Shown piece by piece: positions 24,453 through 31,902 of a stretch of 47,058 nt of DNA. The translations under genes were made by a program, and so were the position numbers. Below the pieces are notes generated by a model. That model made no database searches. It saw only the letters and a list, made by a program, of their open reading frames with translations, and was not told the origin of the DNA. Origin of the DNA: a virus (Duplodnaviria > Caudoviricetes); IMG/VR virus record IMGVR_UViG_3300037212_000010, positions 1 through 47,058 of that record. One strand, written 5' to 3'. Position 1 is the stretch's first letter. Every line of letters starts with the position of its first letter.

Positions 24453-24985
24453 GTTCGGTCTACGTCTACGGCCTGGCTGACCCAAGGGATGGGAAGATTC
24501 GATACGTTGGACAGACGCGCAACCTCGCGAGCAGACTGGCGTGTCACCTGTCCTCGGCTTGCATCGACAATTGGAGACCGTCGAAGAAAGACCAATGGAT
24601 CCAAGAACTCGCCAGGCTGGAACTGCGCCCCACCATCGTCGCGCTTGAGACGTGCCAGGACAGTCATAGCGAAGAGGCCGAGATGCGCTGGTTCGAGAAG
24701 CTGTCCATGGACTGTGAGCTGCTAAACACCGTTCTTCCAAGGGGCGGGAAGAAGAGGAATCCGCCATCTGCCAAGCGGACGAAGGTAGCGTGCCTCATGG
24801 ATAGGGACGACAAGGATCGGTGCTCATCCGCAGCGGCGGTAGAAGGCAAGGGCCTGGACGAGTGGGCAAGGGAAACTCTCATCGCAAAGGCGAACGAAAC
24901 ACTCCCTGCGCGACTGCGCGACAGAACAAACCCGAACAATCAACGTAGGCGTTGCCGTTGTAACACGGTCGTGGTACGAGGTTAA
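24449..24985 (+). CDS. GIY-YIG nuclease with C-terminal RHH-like region
   Basis: VYVYGL.DPR...RYVGQT..L..RL..H, E..W, LLN; C-terminal AAAVEGKGLDEWARETL. Confidence 0.78.
   Translation: MSSVYVYGLADPRDGKIRYVGQTRNLASRLACHLSSACIDNWRPSKKDQWIQELARLELRPTIVALETCQDSHSEEAEMRWFEKLSMDCELLNTVLPRGGKKRNPPSAKRTKVACLMDRDDKDRCSSAAAVEGKGLDEWARETLIAKANETLPARLRDRTNPNNQRRRCRCNTVVVRG
24952..24980 (+). promoter_or_regulatory. Class-A promoter/operator, degenerate copy (leaderless)
   Basis: TTGCCG-TTGTAACACGGTCGTGG-TACGAG; +1 is the A of ATG 24987. Confidence 0.55.
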
Positions 24986-24986
24986 T

Positions 24987-25217
24987 ATGGGAAATCAAAG
25001 CACGAAGCACACAAATCTAGGGCTCGCCGACGGCGAGTCGGTCTGCACCAGTTTTCGGTGCACGCGCGGCCAGCGCCGCAAGCTCACGGCTATGGCCAAC
25101 GCCGCTAAGATGGACAAATCAAGCTACATTCGCCGGAAGCTCGGACTCGACAAGCCGGCGGCAGAAGAGGTGCCAGCCGCGGGACCACCCGTCGAGCCGG
25201 CGCCCAAGGCAGAATAG
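24987..25217 (+). CDS. Ribbon-helix-helix (CopG/MobC-like) DNA-binding protein
   Basis: TSFRCTRGQRRKLTAMANAAKMDKSSYIRRKL. Confidence 0.7.
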   Translation: MGNQSTKHTNLGLADGESVCTSFRCTRGQRRKLTAMANAAKMDKSSYIRRKLGLDKPAAEEVPAAGPPVEPAPKAE

Positions 25218-25255
25218 AGCGTCAGAAATAAACGCACCGGCATGGCGATTCTTTC

Positions 25256-25284
25256 TTGCAACCGTATTACGGCCGTGCGACACT
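25256..25284 (+). promoter_or_regulatory. Class-A promoter/operator, copy 2 (leaderless)
   Basis: TTGCAA-CCGTATTACGGCCGTGC-GACACT; first 22 bp identical to copy 1; +1 is the A of ATG 25291. Confidence 0.75.
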
Positions 25285-25290
25285 ACAATC

Positions 25291-25476
25291 ATGGACACGA
25301 CGACACGGACTGACGACTTCGACGAGCCCACCTTGGCGCTCCCGCGCGAGACCTTCGCCGAGCTGATGTCCAAGATCGGCGGCTACGTCCAGACACCGCC
25401 CACGCGCCACGAGAATTTCTACACCGAGTTGGCGAGCACGCAAACCCTGCCTGCCGTCGAAACCGAGTCCGAATAA
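25291..25476 (+). CDS. Small acidic early protein
   Basis: ATG at predicted +1. Confidence 0.55.
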   Translation: MDTTTRTDDFDEPTLALPRETFAELMSKIGGYVQTPPTRHENFYTELASTQTLPAVETESE

Positions 25477-25492
25477 CCCTAGGAGACCTAAA

Positions 25493-25786
25493 ATGCTGAC
25501 CCTACTCATTCTCATCGCCCGCCTGACCGCCCCCGCTCCAGAATTCACCATCGAGGAAATGGTCTCGTTCCAGGCCCACGCCGAGGCCGCGCTGCGACTG
25601 CAAGCCGGCGAGGTGAAGCAGTCGAGCATGCAGATTGCCCGGCCCGAGTGGGCGTTCGAGACGCCGCGAACGCCGGTGGAGCTCGACATTGAGCTGGAGG
25701 CCATCGGGTCGCGGGTGAATCCTTTCGAAGCTGATGACGGCGCCGGTCCTTTTGCTGACATCTCGTTCAAGCGGGTGCGCCCGTGA
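25493..25786 (+). CDS. Hypothetical protein with hydrophobic N-terminus
   Basis: AGGAG RBS; GTGA overlap. Confidence 0.55.
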   Translation: MLTLLILIARLTAPAPEFTIEEMVSFQAHAEAALRLQAGEVKQSSMQIARPEWAFETPRTPVELDIELEAIGSRVNPFEADDGAGPFADISFKRVRP

Positions 25787-26013
25787 GCCGCCCAACCCGA
25801 GTACGAATCACCGAGTTAGGTCATCCGCTTTGTGGGCACACGGCGATCTTGCGCCGTCCGCGTCGCCAGGACGATGGAGCCTGGTACGAAATCGACGAGC
25901 CACTGAGCGCCGAGGCCCGAGACTTTGCATCCCGCGAACTGCCATTCCCGTTCGGAGACTCGCGCGCACAGCACGTGATGCTGTACCCAGATCAGTACAG
26001 GGAGACGCCGTGA
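25783..26013 (+). CDS. Hypothetical protein
   Basis: GTGA-coupled on both sides. Confidence 0.55.
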   Translation: MSRPTRVRITELGHPLCGHTAILRRPRRQDDGAWYEIDEPLSAEARDFASRELPFPFGDSRAQHVMLYPDQYRETP

Positions 26014-26300
26014 GCTTTATCGACGGAAAGCCACGAGTAGCGACCGAGGCGGAATGCAAAGCCAAGTGGTCAGGCCGCGGACCTGGCACGAACTTCCGCT
26101 GCTGTCTGTGCGGATACAAATTCAAGGTCGGCGACGTCTGGCGCTGCCAGTACACCAACAGCACGAAGGACGCAGGCGGAAACCCTTTAGTGTGCCAAGC
26201 GTGCGACGGCCCAGACCTTATTGAGCGATGGCGCGCGAAGTGGCAGGCGTACAACTCCGACGCGAACTGGTGGTTTCGACAGCTGGGCCGTGAGGACTAG
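26010..26300 (+). CDS. Zn-finger hypothetical protein
   Basis: GGAG RBS; FRCCLCG...LVCQACD. Confidence 0.6.
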   Translation: MSFIDGKPRVATEAECKAKWSGRGPGTNFRCCLCGYKFKVGDVWRCQYTNSTKDAGGNPLVCQACDGPDLIERWRAKWQAYNSDANWWFRQLGRED

Positions 26301-26302
26301 CC

Positions 26303-26497
26303 GTGACCGACGCCTACTACGCCGACTACGAGCTGACCGGCCACCCACACCTGACCGAGCCCCAGCGCCAAGTCCTGCAAGCCGTCAGTCGAGAGCGCGT
26401 GATCGAAAGCGTGTGCAGGTTGCTCTCGGCGGGCAAGGTTGCAGCGTCGACTGTGTGCGAGCGATACCGCGACCTCATGGCGGAGGTGGGTCGGTGA
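26303..26497 (+). CDS. Hypothetical protein
   Basis: GAGGA RBS; GTGA overlap. Confidence 0.5.
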   Translation: MTDAYYADYELTGHPHLTEPQRQVLQAVSRERVIESVCRLLSAGKVAASTVCERYRDLMAEVGR

Positions 26498-26664
26498 TCG
26501 CCTGGCTGCTGTCTGCGCTCGGCATCGTTGCCGACTGTCCCCCAGAGCTGTCCGAGTGTGAGAACTGCCGCGAGCCCCACTGCGACCAGAAACGGTTCGA
26601 GGCCTGCGAGCGGCGACTGGTAACGACCGAGCTGTGCAAGCACACGCCAGGTAACGCGCTGTGA
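26494..26664 (+). CDS. Small Cys-rich protein
   Basis: GGAGG RBS; CENCREPHC...CERR. Confidence 0.5.
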   Translation: MIAWLLSALGIVADCPPELSECENCREPHCDQKRFEACERRLVTTELCKHTPGNAL

Positions 26665-26694
26665 GCCTATTTGTCGTCGATAAGTTTATTTATC

Positions 26695-26723
26695 TTGCGT
26701 ACGTAATACGGCCGCGCTACTCT
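26695..26723 (+). promoter_or_regulatory. Class-A promoter/operator, copy 3 (leadered)
   Basis: TTGCGT-ACGTAATACGGCCGCGC-TACTCT, with AT-rich upstream element. Confidence 0.68.
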
Positions 26724-26799
26724 GTATTTGTAGATGACGAGGTGGCCAGGTGGCTCCCTCCACGAAACCCCGGCAGGTGCCGGAGAAAGAAGACCGAAA

Positions 26800-27045
26800 A
26801 TGATTACCCGAAAAGACTTGCTCATGTGCGCTTTCGGACTCGCGCTCGCACTCACCTGCAACAAGGCCAAGGCCGACGAGACGCCCGACCGCGCGGCCCA
26901 CGGCGGGATCGTCGCCTCGGAAGTGCACCCGGCGCCCACGGTCGGCACCGAGGAGAAGGATGCCCCGGTGACTATCCACACCACCACGCGCGATGCCTCT
27001 TGCCCCGCTGGCTGGACGCTCGAAGCTGGGGTGTGCCTGCCATGA
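26800..27045 (+). CDS. Small exported protein
   Basis: MITRKDLLMCAFGLALALTCNKAKA signal-like start; C-terminal CPAGWTLEAGVC. Confidence 0.6.
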   Translation: MITRKDLLMCAFGLALALTCNKAKADETPDRAAHGGIVASEVHPAPTVGTEEKDAPVTIHTTTRDASCPAGWTLEAGVCLP

Positions 27046-27185
27046 CGACCTACGATAGGCTGACGGCGGGAGCCACCTACCTGTGCGGGATGACGGTGCG
27101 CAACGTGATGCGAGCGGTGTGGATGCTCGGAGATCGCAAGTTCGTCGTAATCGACGGGAAGAGGATCTACCTGCCCACCAAGTAG
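27042..27185 (+). CDS. Small hypothetical protein
   Basis: ATGA overlap; RKFVVIDGKRIYL. Confidence 0.5.
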   Translation: MTTYDRLTAGATYLCGMTVRNVMRAVWMLGDRKFVVIDGKRIYLPTK

Positions 27186-27307
27186 ACGCCCGCGCCTCGT
27201 GCGCGGCAGCCCCACGACAACTCGCGAGGCTGCCGGGCAAGACGCCCACCAGCTGGCAGGTAGCCAGCAAGAATGAGCGGCCAGGTGGCCGCGGAAAGAC
27301 GAAGACC

Positions 27308-28297
27308 ATGGGAACGACAGTCAAGATTGAGGCGACCTACGAAATCTCCGAAGCAGCCCGCACGGCGCTGGCACTGGCCGGCACGCCGGTCAACCGCTAC
27401 CAGACGGTGGAGCTCGAGCTGGACGCGTCCGACGCAATCAAGCGCAAGCTGGCGCAGGTGTCCGATAGCGGAATCATCTACCAACGCACGGGCGTCGGCA
27501 CAATCGCTGGATACTCGTACGGCAAGCTGTGGCCGCTGTCGTGCGGAGCCGAGTACACTGGCTGCAACGTGTTCTGGACGACCGACCATGTGCTGACGGT
27601 TGAGGAAGCCATGGCTCGGCACGAACAGGCGGCAGCAGCGACGCGATTACTGGCCGAACTGGCACGCGAGAAAGAGGAAAGTTTCAAGCGCGAGTACAAG
27701 GAGCGAATCGACCGCGTGGTGGGCATGATGGCGACCATCCCGGCGTCGGAGTGGGCACTACACACCACCTACGGCAATACCCCATACCTGCGCGAGGTGA
27801 CGCCAAACCCGGGCCCGGATCACGTGAGCGCGCTGGCCGACGAGCTACCCACGGAGGCCCGAGCCTCCGCCGAGATCGAGCTGTCGCGCCGGCAGAAGGA
27901 AGAGGCCGATCGGAAGGCCGCCGAGGAAGCGGCGGTCATCGCGGAGCGCGACGCCTGGATCCTCGCCCACGGAAGCACGCGCCTGCAGAAGGGATTAGCC
28001 GCCGGCCTGGTCGACAAAATGGGAGGCGTCTACCGGGACGAGCGCATCGTCCACGACATCGGCGCCGACTGGATTGCCTGGAAGGACGCGATCGAGCCCG
28101 ACGATAACGACCTTCTGAACCCGAGCGAGGCCGAACTCGACGCGCTCGCCGAGGTTGCGGCGAAGTTTCCCGGTGCGCGCCTCGCCTCGGTTGGCGGGAC
28201 ATCTCGAGACGGCGAGGAGCACGACTGGAGGCCAGCGCTGATGATCGGCTCGTGCCCGTGGAATGACGGGATTACGGTCATCAAGTACCTGGACTAG
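27308..28297 (+). CDS. Hypothetical protein
   Basis: GGAAAGACGAAGACC before ATG; long ORF with GC3-biased codons. Confidence 0.7.
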   Translation: MGTTVKIEATYEISEAARTALALAGTPVNRYQTVELELDASDAIKRKLAQVSDSGIIYQRTGVGTIAGYSYGKLWPLSCGAEYTGCNVFWTTDHVLTVEEAMARHEQAAAATRLLAELAREKEESFKREYKERIDRVVGMMATIPASEWALHTTYGNTPYLREVTPNPGPDHVSALADELPTEARASAEIELSRRQKEEADRKAAEEAAVIAERDAWILAHGSTRLQKGLAAGLVDKMGGVYRDERIVHDIGADWIAWKDAIEPDDNDLLNPSEAELDALAEVAAKFPGARLASVGGTSRDGEEHDWRPALMIGSCPWNDGITVIKYLD

Positions 28298-28329
28298 GGT
28301 CGCTGTGAATAGGCAACGAGGAGAAGATC

Positions 28330-29487
28330 ATGGGAAAGATTACGCAGCTCACCGAAGCACAGCAGGCTCTCTTACCGCAATTCCGCAGCGAATGGTTCCG
28401 CGTCGGCACCTGCACTGACCGCGCTGATCGAGAGAAAGCCGAGGCCGCCATAATGGCAATGCGCGCAGAGATTGGCGTAGCGACAAAGCCGATCGTTATT
28501 TGGTGCGAGTCGCCAGCCACTTCGTTGCTCGCGCTGCACGTACTGAAATCGGATCAGTGGAAGAAATTCGTCGGCGACCTTACAGAAAAGATCCCGGATG
28601 CGCTGGATTCCTCGCTGCGGTCCTCGCTGTGGTCCTCGCTGGGGTCCTCGCTGGGGTCCTCGCTGGATTCCTCGCTGTGGTCCTCGCTGGATTCCTCGCT
28701 GCGGTCCTCGCTGTGGTCCTTGCTGTGGTCCTCGCTGTGGTCCTCGCTGGGGTCCTCGCTGGGGTCCTCGCTGGGGTCCTCGCTGTGGTCCTCGCTGTGG
28801 TCCTCGCTGGGGTCCTCGCTGGGGTCCTCGCTGCGGTCCTCGCTGGCCGATTCGTGGTGGGGACAGCATGAAGCGTATTGGATCGCGTTTTACCTGTTCT
28901 GCCGCGACGTTGTCGGCGTGACGTTCGACGACAAACGATCTAGCCAGCTCAACATGTGGCGCGACATCGCGCAGTCGTGTTGCTGGTGGTGGTGTTTCGA
29001 GAACTACGTGGTCATCAGCGAGCGCCCAACTGCCTGCCGAATGACCGAAGCCGAAGGACGACTGCATTGCGAGGATGGTCCCGCCCTGGCGTTTGCCGAT
29101 GGCTACGCTCTCTATCGGTGGCACGGGGTCAACGTTCCCGACGACGTAATCTTGCACCCCGAGCAACTGACCGTCGCGCGCATCGACGCCGAGAACAACG
29201 CCGAGGTCCGCCGGGTCATGCTCGAACGGTACGGTGAGGCTCGCTACCTGCAAGACAGTGGCGTGGAGCCAATTCACCGCGACAAGAGCGGCGTGCTGTT
29301 TCGCAAGGAAATCCCAGGCGACGAAGCTCTCGTCATGGTGCGAGTCGTGAACTCGACGGCAGAGCCAGACGGGCATTTTAAGAGTTACTATCTGCGCGTG
29401 CCTCCGACAATCGAGACGGCACGAGAAGCAGTAGCCTGGACATTCGGCATCGAAGCGAAGAACTACAAACCGGCAATCGAAACCTAG
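28330..29487 (+). CDS. DUF6745-like protein with internal SSLx tetrapeptide repeats
   Basis: ITQLTEAQ...W, WCESP, WGQHEAYW, LHCEDGPALAFADG...WHGV, NAEVRRVM, VVNSTAEPDG...YYLRVPP...AVAWTFG...ET. Confidence 0.8.
   Translation: MGKITQLTEAQQALLPQFRSEWFRVGTCTDRADREKAEAAIMAMRAEIGVATKPIVIWCESPATSLLALHVLKSDQWKKFVGDLTEKIPDALDSSLRSSLWSSLGSSLGSSLDSSLWSSLDSSLRSSLWSLLWSSLWSSLGSSLGSSLGSSLWSSLWSSLGSSLGSSLRSSLADSWWGQHEAYWIAFYLFCRDVVGVTFDDKRSSQLNMWRDIAQSCCWWWCFENYVVISERPTACRMTEAEGRLHCEDGPALAFADGYALYRWHGVNVPDDVILHPEQLTVARIDAENNAEVRRVMLERYGEARYLQDSGVEPIHRDKSGVLFRKEIPGDEALVMVRVVNSTAEPDGHFKSYYLRVPPTIETAREAVAWTFGIEAKNYKPAIET
28609..28848 (+). repeat. 20 tandem 12-bp repeats TCCTCGCTG-(CGG/TGG/GGG/GAT)
   Basis: Directly visible; 240 bp; encodes SSLR/W/G/D. 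Confidence 0.97.
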
Positions 29488-29499
29488 GAGGAACGACCC

Positions 29500-29823
29500 A
29501 TGACCAAGAAACCGAAAATGTACCGACAGGGAGACGTTGCAATCATCGAGTGTGACCGGGTAGCGGTCACGAAAGAGGTGGATCGCGAAGGCGGACGGAT
29601 CGTCCTCGCCCACGGTGAAGTTACCGGCCACGCCCACGCCATTGCGTCGATGGATGCGACGCTGTTCATGGACGCGAAGACGCTCGACCGATACCTCGAC
29701 GTCAAGGCGCCGGTCACGCTGGACCACGAGGAACATGGGCGCATCAAGCTTCCCAGCGGGTTCTTTCGCGTGATTCAGCAACGCGAGTACCGCCCAGAAG
29801 GCATCCGCAACGTCGCGGACTAG
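29500..29823 (+). CDS. His-rich conserved partner of the DUF6745-like protein
   Basis: YRQGDV, LAHGEVTGHAH, HEEH, QREY.PE..R.VAD; GGAGG RBS. Confidence 0.8.
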   Translation: MTKKPKMYRQGDVAIIECDRVAVTKEVDREGGRIVLAHGEVTGHAHAIASMDATLFMDAKTLDRYLDVKAPVTLDHEEHGRIKLPSGFFRVIQQREYRPEGIRNVAD

Positions 29824-29902
29824 CCTCGCGCCCCGCTCGCGCCCGTCTCACTGGAGGCGGTCGCCATGGGGGAGCACGAGCCCACCCGAGAGGAGACCGA
29901 CT

Positions 29903-30166
29903 ATGCCAACCAGCAAGTACGACGAGTACCCAGCGCGATACCGACTTCACCACACCTTCCGCGACCATGACGTCCTGCCGGCGCAGCCAGACCCGCTATC
30001 AGTGGCCATCGCCCGAGAGATCGTTGGCTGCCAGCCCCTGAACTACGTCGGACCGCCCACCGAGTCCGATAGGCAGCACCTCGACGAAGAGATGCGCCGC
30101 TACGCGGCTGGACTTACGGAAGAGGAGCGCGCCATCATCGCCGCTTTCGACGAGTCCGTAAGATGA
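29903..30166 (+). CDS. Hypothetical protein
   Basis: GAGGAG RBS. Confidence 0.55.
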   Translation: MPTSKYDEYPARYRLHHTFRDHDVLPAQPDPLSVAIAREIVGCQPLNYVGPPTESDRQHLDEEMRRYAAGLTEEERAIIAAFDESVR

Positions 30167-30218
30167 TGGAGTGGCCAGACGACGACCTGCGTGTCCGTCA
30201 GATGCCAAAGGAGAGACG

Positions 30219-30503
30219 ATGAGCGACGAGAAAGAGAAGATGCAGGAGCGTCTGCGGGCATTCTGGGAGCAACCTGAGAACCGTGGGCGCCTGAGCAACG
30301 AGGATGGAACGCTTGCCTTCGCCGAAGCGGAAGTCCGCCTCGCCCTGCCGAAGAAATGCAAGTGCCAACTTGAAGCTGGCGACGGCGAGTGCCCTGTGCA
30401 CGACTGCCCCGATTGCGGCGACGAGCATACGTGCGAACGGTGCACGAAAAGGCTTTGCCCAGCAATTAGCTCCTGCCCAATAATTCCGACGGCTGCCCAA
30501 TAA
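30219..30503 (+). CDS. Cys-rich hypothetical protein
   Basis: AAGGAG RBS; CKC...CPVHDCPDC...CERC. Confidence 0.5.
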   Translation: MSDEKEKMQERLRAFWEQPENRGRLSNEDGTLAFAEAEVRLALPKKCKCQLEAGDGECPVHDCPDCGDEHTCERCTKRLCPAISSCPIIPTAAQ

Positions 30504-30546
30504 TTCGGCCAGTCATCGCATTAAATCCTAATTATTGGGCAAAGCC
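30451..30546. repeat. Cluster of four TGCCCAATAATT boxes (three direct, one inverted)
   Basis: GGCTTTGCCCAGCAATTAG 30451-30469; CTGCCCAATAATTC at 30473 and 30493; inverted CTAATTATTGGGCAAAGCC 30528-30546. Confidence 0.85.
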
Positions 30547-30784
30547 GGTTCGGAGAGGCGGGGTCCTACGAGCTGGGACTCCATGAACGCGTGGCCGCCG
30601 AACTTGCCGACGCCCCGGCCGCACAGCCAGCACCCGCAGCACCGGAGAGCGGTAAATCAAAATGATACTCACATACAAATACTGGCCGAGATCAAGGGTG
30701 GCTGACCCGACAGGAATCCTTCGATAATTGGGAGTTGCATGTTGACACGCGTAAGCCGACGGGTTTACACCTGTCAAATAGACG

Positions 30785-31057
30785 ATGAAGAGCATCAGGT
30801 TGCTTCGGGCAATTTTGGCGATCAGCCAGCAGACGCTCGTGGAAGAGAGCGGAATCAGCCGGGCGTCCATATCGGCCTTCGAGAGTGGCCGCGCCTTCCC
30901 GTCAGTCGAGACGGCCAAGCTACTCGACAGCTCAATCGACGGGATCATCGACAAAAGGGTCATGGCAGCCGTCGAGCAGGAGCGCAGGCGACGTGCAGAA
31001 GAGGAGTCGCCGGCCGCGGAATCCCATGCTGGACACGGGGAGATGCCCGCCACATGA
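30785..31057 (+). CDS. XRE/Cro-like HTH regulator
   Basis: IRLLRAILAISQQTLVEESGISRASISAFESGRAFPS. Confidence 0.85.
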   Translation: MKSIRLLRAILAISQQTLVEESGISRASISAFESGRAFPSVETAKLLDSSIDGIIDKRVMAAVEQERRRRAEEESPAAESHAGHGEMPAT

Positions 31058-31074
31058 TGGCAGGCGACACACTG

Positions 31075-31103
31075 TTGACAACGCTCGCAAACCGGAATAA
31101 TGT
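31075..31103 (+). promoter_or_regulatory. Sigma70-type promoter (leaderless)
   Basis: TTGACA, 17 bp, TAATGT; +1 is the A of ATG 31110. Confidence 0.7.
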
Positions 31104-31109
31104 TTACAA

Positions 31110-31406
31110 ATGGCCAACACGAAAGGAGGACTGGACACCGAGCGTTTACGGGCGGCTCTGATTGAGGAGGCTGCACTTGCCGGGGTTACCCCGGTTCAGC
31201 TGGCCAAGCAACTCACGACCGAACCGCCGCAGAAGACCATTTCATTCCGACCGTCAGCCGGGCTACGCACTGCCATTGACCAAGAAGCAGAGCGGACCCA
31301 AACCTCGGCTGGGCAGGTATGCAAGGCGTGGCTCGAAGAACGAGTCTCGCCGCCAAAAGAAGAAACCGAAGGGAAGGGTAGAACCAATGGTACAGATGAG
31401 CTTTAG
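31110..31406 (+). CDS. RHH-like DNA-binding protein
   Basis: TISFRPSAGLRTAIDQEAERTQTSAGQVCKAWLEE. Confidence 0.6.
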   Translation: MANTKGGLDTERLRAALIEEAALAGVTPVQLAKQLTTEPPQKTISFRPSAGLRTAIDQEAERTQTSAGQVCKAWLEERVSPPKEETEGKGRTNGTDEL

Positions 31407-31902
31407 TGACGACACGACAGGAAAGACCACCTCTGCATCCGGACATCGTCCAGCGCAGGACACTCCGCCCTCAGCGGGGAAACGCGGGTTCGACGCCAGC
31501 TGTCCGGACATCATTTACACCTCGCGCTACTCGAACAAGGCCATTGCGACGAGTGGCCTGGTAGCGGTCCGAGTGACCCGCATGCCACCGCGCTGGAAGC
31601 TGCCGTACACGACGGTCGGATGCCTGGACCTGGCACCCACCTTCGAGATGCTCAAGGCTGCGAAGCTCCCAGGCGGCGCCAAGGTGTTCGATGACGCGTT
31701 CGAGGACATCCTCGGGCGCTTGGATCCCAAGGCAATCGCCAAGAAACTGAAGGACATCCAGATGACGAAGCCAGATGCGCGCGGCGTTGTGCTGCTGTGC
31801 TACGAAGACGTCCGAGTCCCGGGAACGCGCTGTCACCGATTACAGGTGGCACGCTGGCTCGGTGAGAAGCTCGGCATTACGGTTGCCGAGCTCGAGGAAT
31901 GA
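31387..31902 (+). CDS. DUF488-family protein
   Basis: IYTSRY, PPRW, DLAP..EML, L..LDP, VLLCYE......CHR..VA.WL. Confidence 0.78.
   Translation: MVQMSFSDDTTGKTTSASGHRPAQDTPPSAGKRGFDASCPDIIYTSRYSNKAIATSGLVAVRVTRMPPRWKLPYTTVGCLDLAPTFEMLKAAKLPGGAKVFDDAFEDILGRLDPKAIAKKLKDIQMTKPDARGVVLLCYEDVRVPGTRCHRLQVARWLGEKLGITVAELEE

Noticed and set aside
28609-28848. Possible CRISPR array or DGR variable region
   Set aside because: Units are 12 bp with no spacers and lie in frame within a CDS; no cas genes, reverse transcriptase or template repeat seen
28372-29781. Long - strand ORF with PQRG repeats, and alternative-frame ORFs (CGPR, VLAG repeats)
   Set aside because: Shadows of the 12-bp repeat; the SSLx frame carries the conserved domain motifs and RBS
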